Source: the human T2T-CHM13v2.0 reference genome, Homo sapiens
Reading direction: 5' to 3' (one strand)
Assembly: GCF_009914755.1 (NCBI RefSeq)
Contig: NC_060933.1
DNA length: 64,000 nt
A program made the translations under genes and the position numbers. The notes under the pieces were generated by a model. It was not told the DNA's origin. It saw only the letters and a program-made list of their open reading frames with translations, and did no database searches. Positions 60,217-64,000 of the stretch are shown in pieces (positions within the stretch are counted from its first letter, which is position 1; the number at the start of each line of letters is the position of its first letter).

Positions 60217-62245
60217 GACAGAAGAGCCAAAATGGCCATCAAGACAGAGTCAGGAAGATCCTCCACTGAAAGAGCTGACTATCAAGAAAACCAGCACACT
60301 CTGAGCAGATCTTCAAAAGGAAAGCATTGAGAGTGGAAGGAGAGAGGATGGAGACACTGGGCTAAAGGATCAGAAAGCTGGGAACCCAGCATGGGGTTGT
60401 GGAGCACCAGGACTCATTCCTGGCCCTGAAAGGTGAGGGAGGGGGTGAGTTAAATACGATGGAGTGGCTTACTCTTTCCAAAGAGCTCCAGAATCCTAGC
60501 TTTAGGAGACTTCACAATCCCCATGGACATTCGAGCTAGCAAGGAGAGTTGCTTGGAGAAGTAGCAAAGACAGGATTCCAGTATGTGTAGAGCCCAGATA
60601 GTTTGACATAAGAATGGTTCCAGTGAAGCACAGCCAGGGACACCCATTTCCTAAGGCTTACCACACGCCTCTGAGTGACTTAGGTCATTATTGATTGTCA
60701 GACCTGCACAGAGAAGGGCTGTCTTGCCCATGGGATATGCCAGTGTGATTAGATGCTCTCCTGTCGACTGGACTCTCCTGGGGTCCCCGCCAGGCCATAC
60801 CCTCTTGGAGGGCAGCTTTGCATGCCCAACGAGGGTGCTTCTCAGTGGCCATCACCATAGCAGCAGACTCTACTCTGCTCTCATTGGAGAGCTTCTGCAA
60901 ATATACCTCCAACAGTGCACACCTACTTACAGTCCCCCCTCACTGCATTGCCGGCATGCACTGTGCACAGTCTCCAATCACTGTTTCGCCAGTGTGCACA
61001 TATGCAGAGTCCTCACTGCAACTGCATGGGCCCCACTGGTGTGTGTGTATAAACCCTGACAACCTGCCACTGCCAGGGTGAGTATGAGTATAACATGCCA
61101 CACTGCACCCCTGCTGCAGCTGGTGCACATGTGCGTAAGCATGGACCCCTCAGCAAATGCTCCAATGAAGCACTTTTGTTGGCATCCCCCGTTGGACTGT
61201 TGTTGCCAGTGGACTGAGAATGCTGTGGCCCTGTCAGTGCAGCAGGTACTTCATCTTGAGGGGGCATATAACAAAGCTGTGGGCCAGGTCCCAATCCCCC
61301 CAGTGTTAGAGCACACATCCCAGGAGAGCTGAGCTGAGCCTTGGCCACCTGAAATCATCCAGAGATGAAGCCAGTCAATTAAATGCAACTTATAGCATAG
61401 TAAACCCTTAACGGCATCAAAGTATACAAGTAAAAAGCCCCATCCAAAACAAACAAGCAAACTAACTTCAACGATTAAAGGAACATTAGCTCACAGAGAT
61501 GAGAAAGAACCAGAACCAGCATAACTACACTGGCAATTCAATAACCCAGAGTGTCTATTTTTAGATGACCACACTAACTCCCCAGCAACAGCTGTTAACC
61601 AGACTGAAAAGGCTGAAATAATAGACAGAATTCACAAGCTTGATGGCAATGAAGGTTACTGAGATTCAGGAGACAGTTAAAAGCCCATCCAAAGAATCTA
61701 AGGAATCAATTAGAAAGAAACAAGAGCTAAGAGACGATATAGTCATTTTTTTAAAAGACCCAAACTCTTGCCAGGCACAGTGGTTCACATCTGTAATCCC
61801 AGCAATTTGGGAGGCCGAGGCAGCCAGGTTACCTGAGTTCAGGAGTTCGAGACCAGGCTGGCCAACATGGTGAAACCCCATCTCCACTAAAAATACAAAA
61901 CTTAGCCAGGCATGGTGGCACACACCTGTAGTTCCAGCTACTCGGGTGACTGAGGCAGGAGACTGGCTTGAATTCAGAGGTTGCAGTGAGCCGAGATCAC
62001 ACCACTGCATTCCAGCCTTGGTGCCTTGGTGACAGAGCAAGACTCCATCTCACACACACACACACACACACACACACAAAGGAAAGAAAGACAATGACCC
62101 AAACTCGTCTAAGAGCTGAAAAACTCACTATGAGCATTTCATTGTTTAACTGGAAGTATTAACAACAGAAAGGACTAAGCTGAGGAAAAAAACTGAGAGC
62201 TGTGAGATGGATTCATTGAATCAACTCAGTTAAACAAATATAAAG
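60217..62245 (+). mobile_element. Older L1 5'UTR-ORF1 region
   Basis: agccaaaatggcc 5' start and gatgagaaagaaccag ORF1 start-like motif. Confidence 0.7.
61770..62078 (+). mobile_element. AluS with (CA)n tail
   Basis: Dimeric Alu, small duplication gccttggt x2, tail converted to (CA)n. Confidence 0.85.
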
Positions 62246-62256
62246 GGGTGGGTCAC

Positions 62257-63420
62257 TGTATTAGTCTGTTCTCATGCTTCTATAAAGAACTGACTGAGAC
62301 TGGGTAATTTAGAATCAAAATAGTTTTAATTGACTCACAGTTCTGCATGGCTGGGGAGGCTCCAGGAAACATACACTTATGGTGGAAGGGGCAGCAAACA
62401 TGTCCTTCTTGATATGGCTGCAGGAGAGAGAAGTGCAAAGTGAAGTGGGGGAAAGCCCCTATAAAACCTTCAGCTCTCATAAGAACTCACTCATTATCAT
62501 GAGAACAGTATGATCCCCATGTCTAATCACCTCCCATGATGTCCTTCCCCCAACATGTGGGGATTACAATTTGCATTACAATTCAAGATGAGATTTTGGG
62601 TAGGGACACAAAGCCAAACTATATTATTCTGTCCATGGCCCCTCGCAAATCTCATGTCCTCACATTTCAAAACACAATTATGCCTTTCCAAGAATCCCCC
62701 AAAGTCTTAACTCATTTCAGCATTAACCTGAAAGTTCGAGTTCAAAATCTCATCTGAGAAAAGGCAAGTCCCTTCCACCTATGAGCCTGTAACATCAAAA
62801 GCAAGTTAGTTATTTCCTAGATACAATGGGAGTGCAGGTACTGGGTAAATACACCCATTGGAGATAGGAGAAATTGACCAAAACAAAGGAGCTATAGGCC
62901 CCATGCAAGTCTGAAATCCAACAGAGCAGTCATTAAACCTTAAAGTTTCAAAATGATGTCCTTTGACTCCATGTCTCACATCCAGGTCACACAGATGCAA
63001 GAGATGGGATACCATGGCTTTGGGAAGCTCCACTCCTATGGCTTGGCAGGGTACAGCCTCCCTTCTGGCTGCTTTCACAGGTTGGTGTTGAGTGCCTGCA
63101 GCTTTTCCAGGTGAGTGGTGTGAGCTTTTGGTGGATCTATCATTCTGGGATCCGGAGAATGACGGCCCTCTTCTCACAGCTCCACTAGTCAGTGCCCCAG
63201 TGGAGACCCTGCATGGATGCTCTGACCCCACATCTTCCTTCTGCACTGCCCTAGCAGAGGTCTCCATGAGGGCCCTTCCCCTGCAGCATACTTCTGCCTA
63301 GACATTCAGGTGTTTCCGTACATCCTTTGAAATTCAGGCTGAGGTTCCTAAAGCTCAACTCTTGTCTTCTGCACACCCACAGGCCCAATATCACATAGAC
63401 TCTACCAAAGGTTGGGGTTT
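62257..63420 (-). mobile_element. THE1D/MST MaLR LTR (62257-62626) plus internal fragment
   Basis: tgtattagtctgttctcatg...caaagccaaactatatta followed by antisense internal sequence. Confidence 0.85.
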
Positions 63421-63935
<515 letters not shown>

Positions 63936-64000
63936 ATGCAAGAAATAAAACCTACTTGATTGTGGTGGATTAGCTTTTTGATGTACAACTAGATTTGGTT

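Overview
This is primate, most likely human, genomic DNA that looks like a pericentromeric segmental-duplication mosaic. It is most consistent with the chromosome 9 FAM27 cluster, an assignment made from recalled FAM27 protein sequences and not from a search. No conventional protein-coding gene is supported. There are three compartments. (1) 1-16.6 kb is a GC-rich, largely non-repetitive block with several CpG-rich patches and repeated PBX-HOX/MEIS-type motifs, plus old MIR/L2/MER elements and an unusual poly(A)-less, 5'-inverted young L1 fragment. (2) 16.65-25.8 kb is a short SST1/MER22-type macrosatellite array with ~2.42 kb units, one internal inversion and one internally deleted 1.42 kb unit. 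Each unit carries an NRF1/CCAAT/TATA-like promoter and splice signals. These give the FAM27E3-type ORF and a spliced 67-aa FAM27A/B/C-type ORF that is absent from the ORF track. (3) 25.8-64 kb is AT-rich and dominated by transposable elements: old L1s, Alus (one with the AluYd 12-bp deletion), MaLRs, Tigger3, solo LTRs, and a MER54-flanked class III provirus with env remnants that has a deleted HERV-H nested inside it. Most short ORFs in the track are spurious. I found no convincing wholly new system; the best leads are structural and regulatory. Repeat family names are from recognition and need RepeatMasker/Dfam confirmation.
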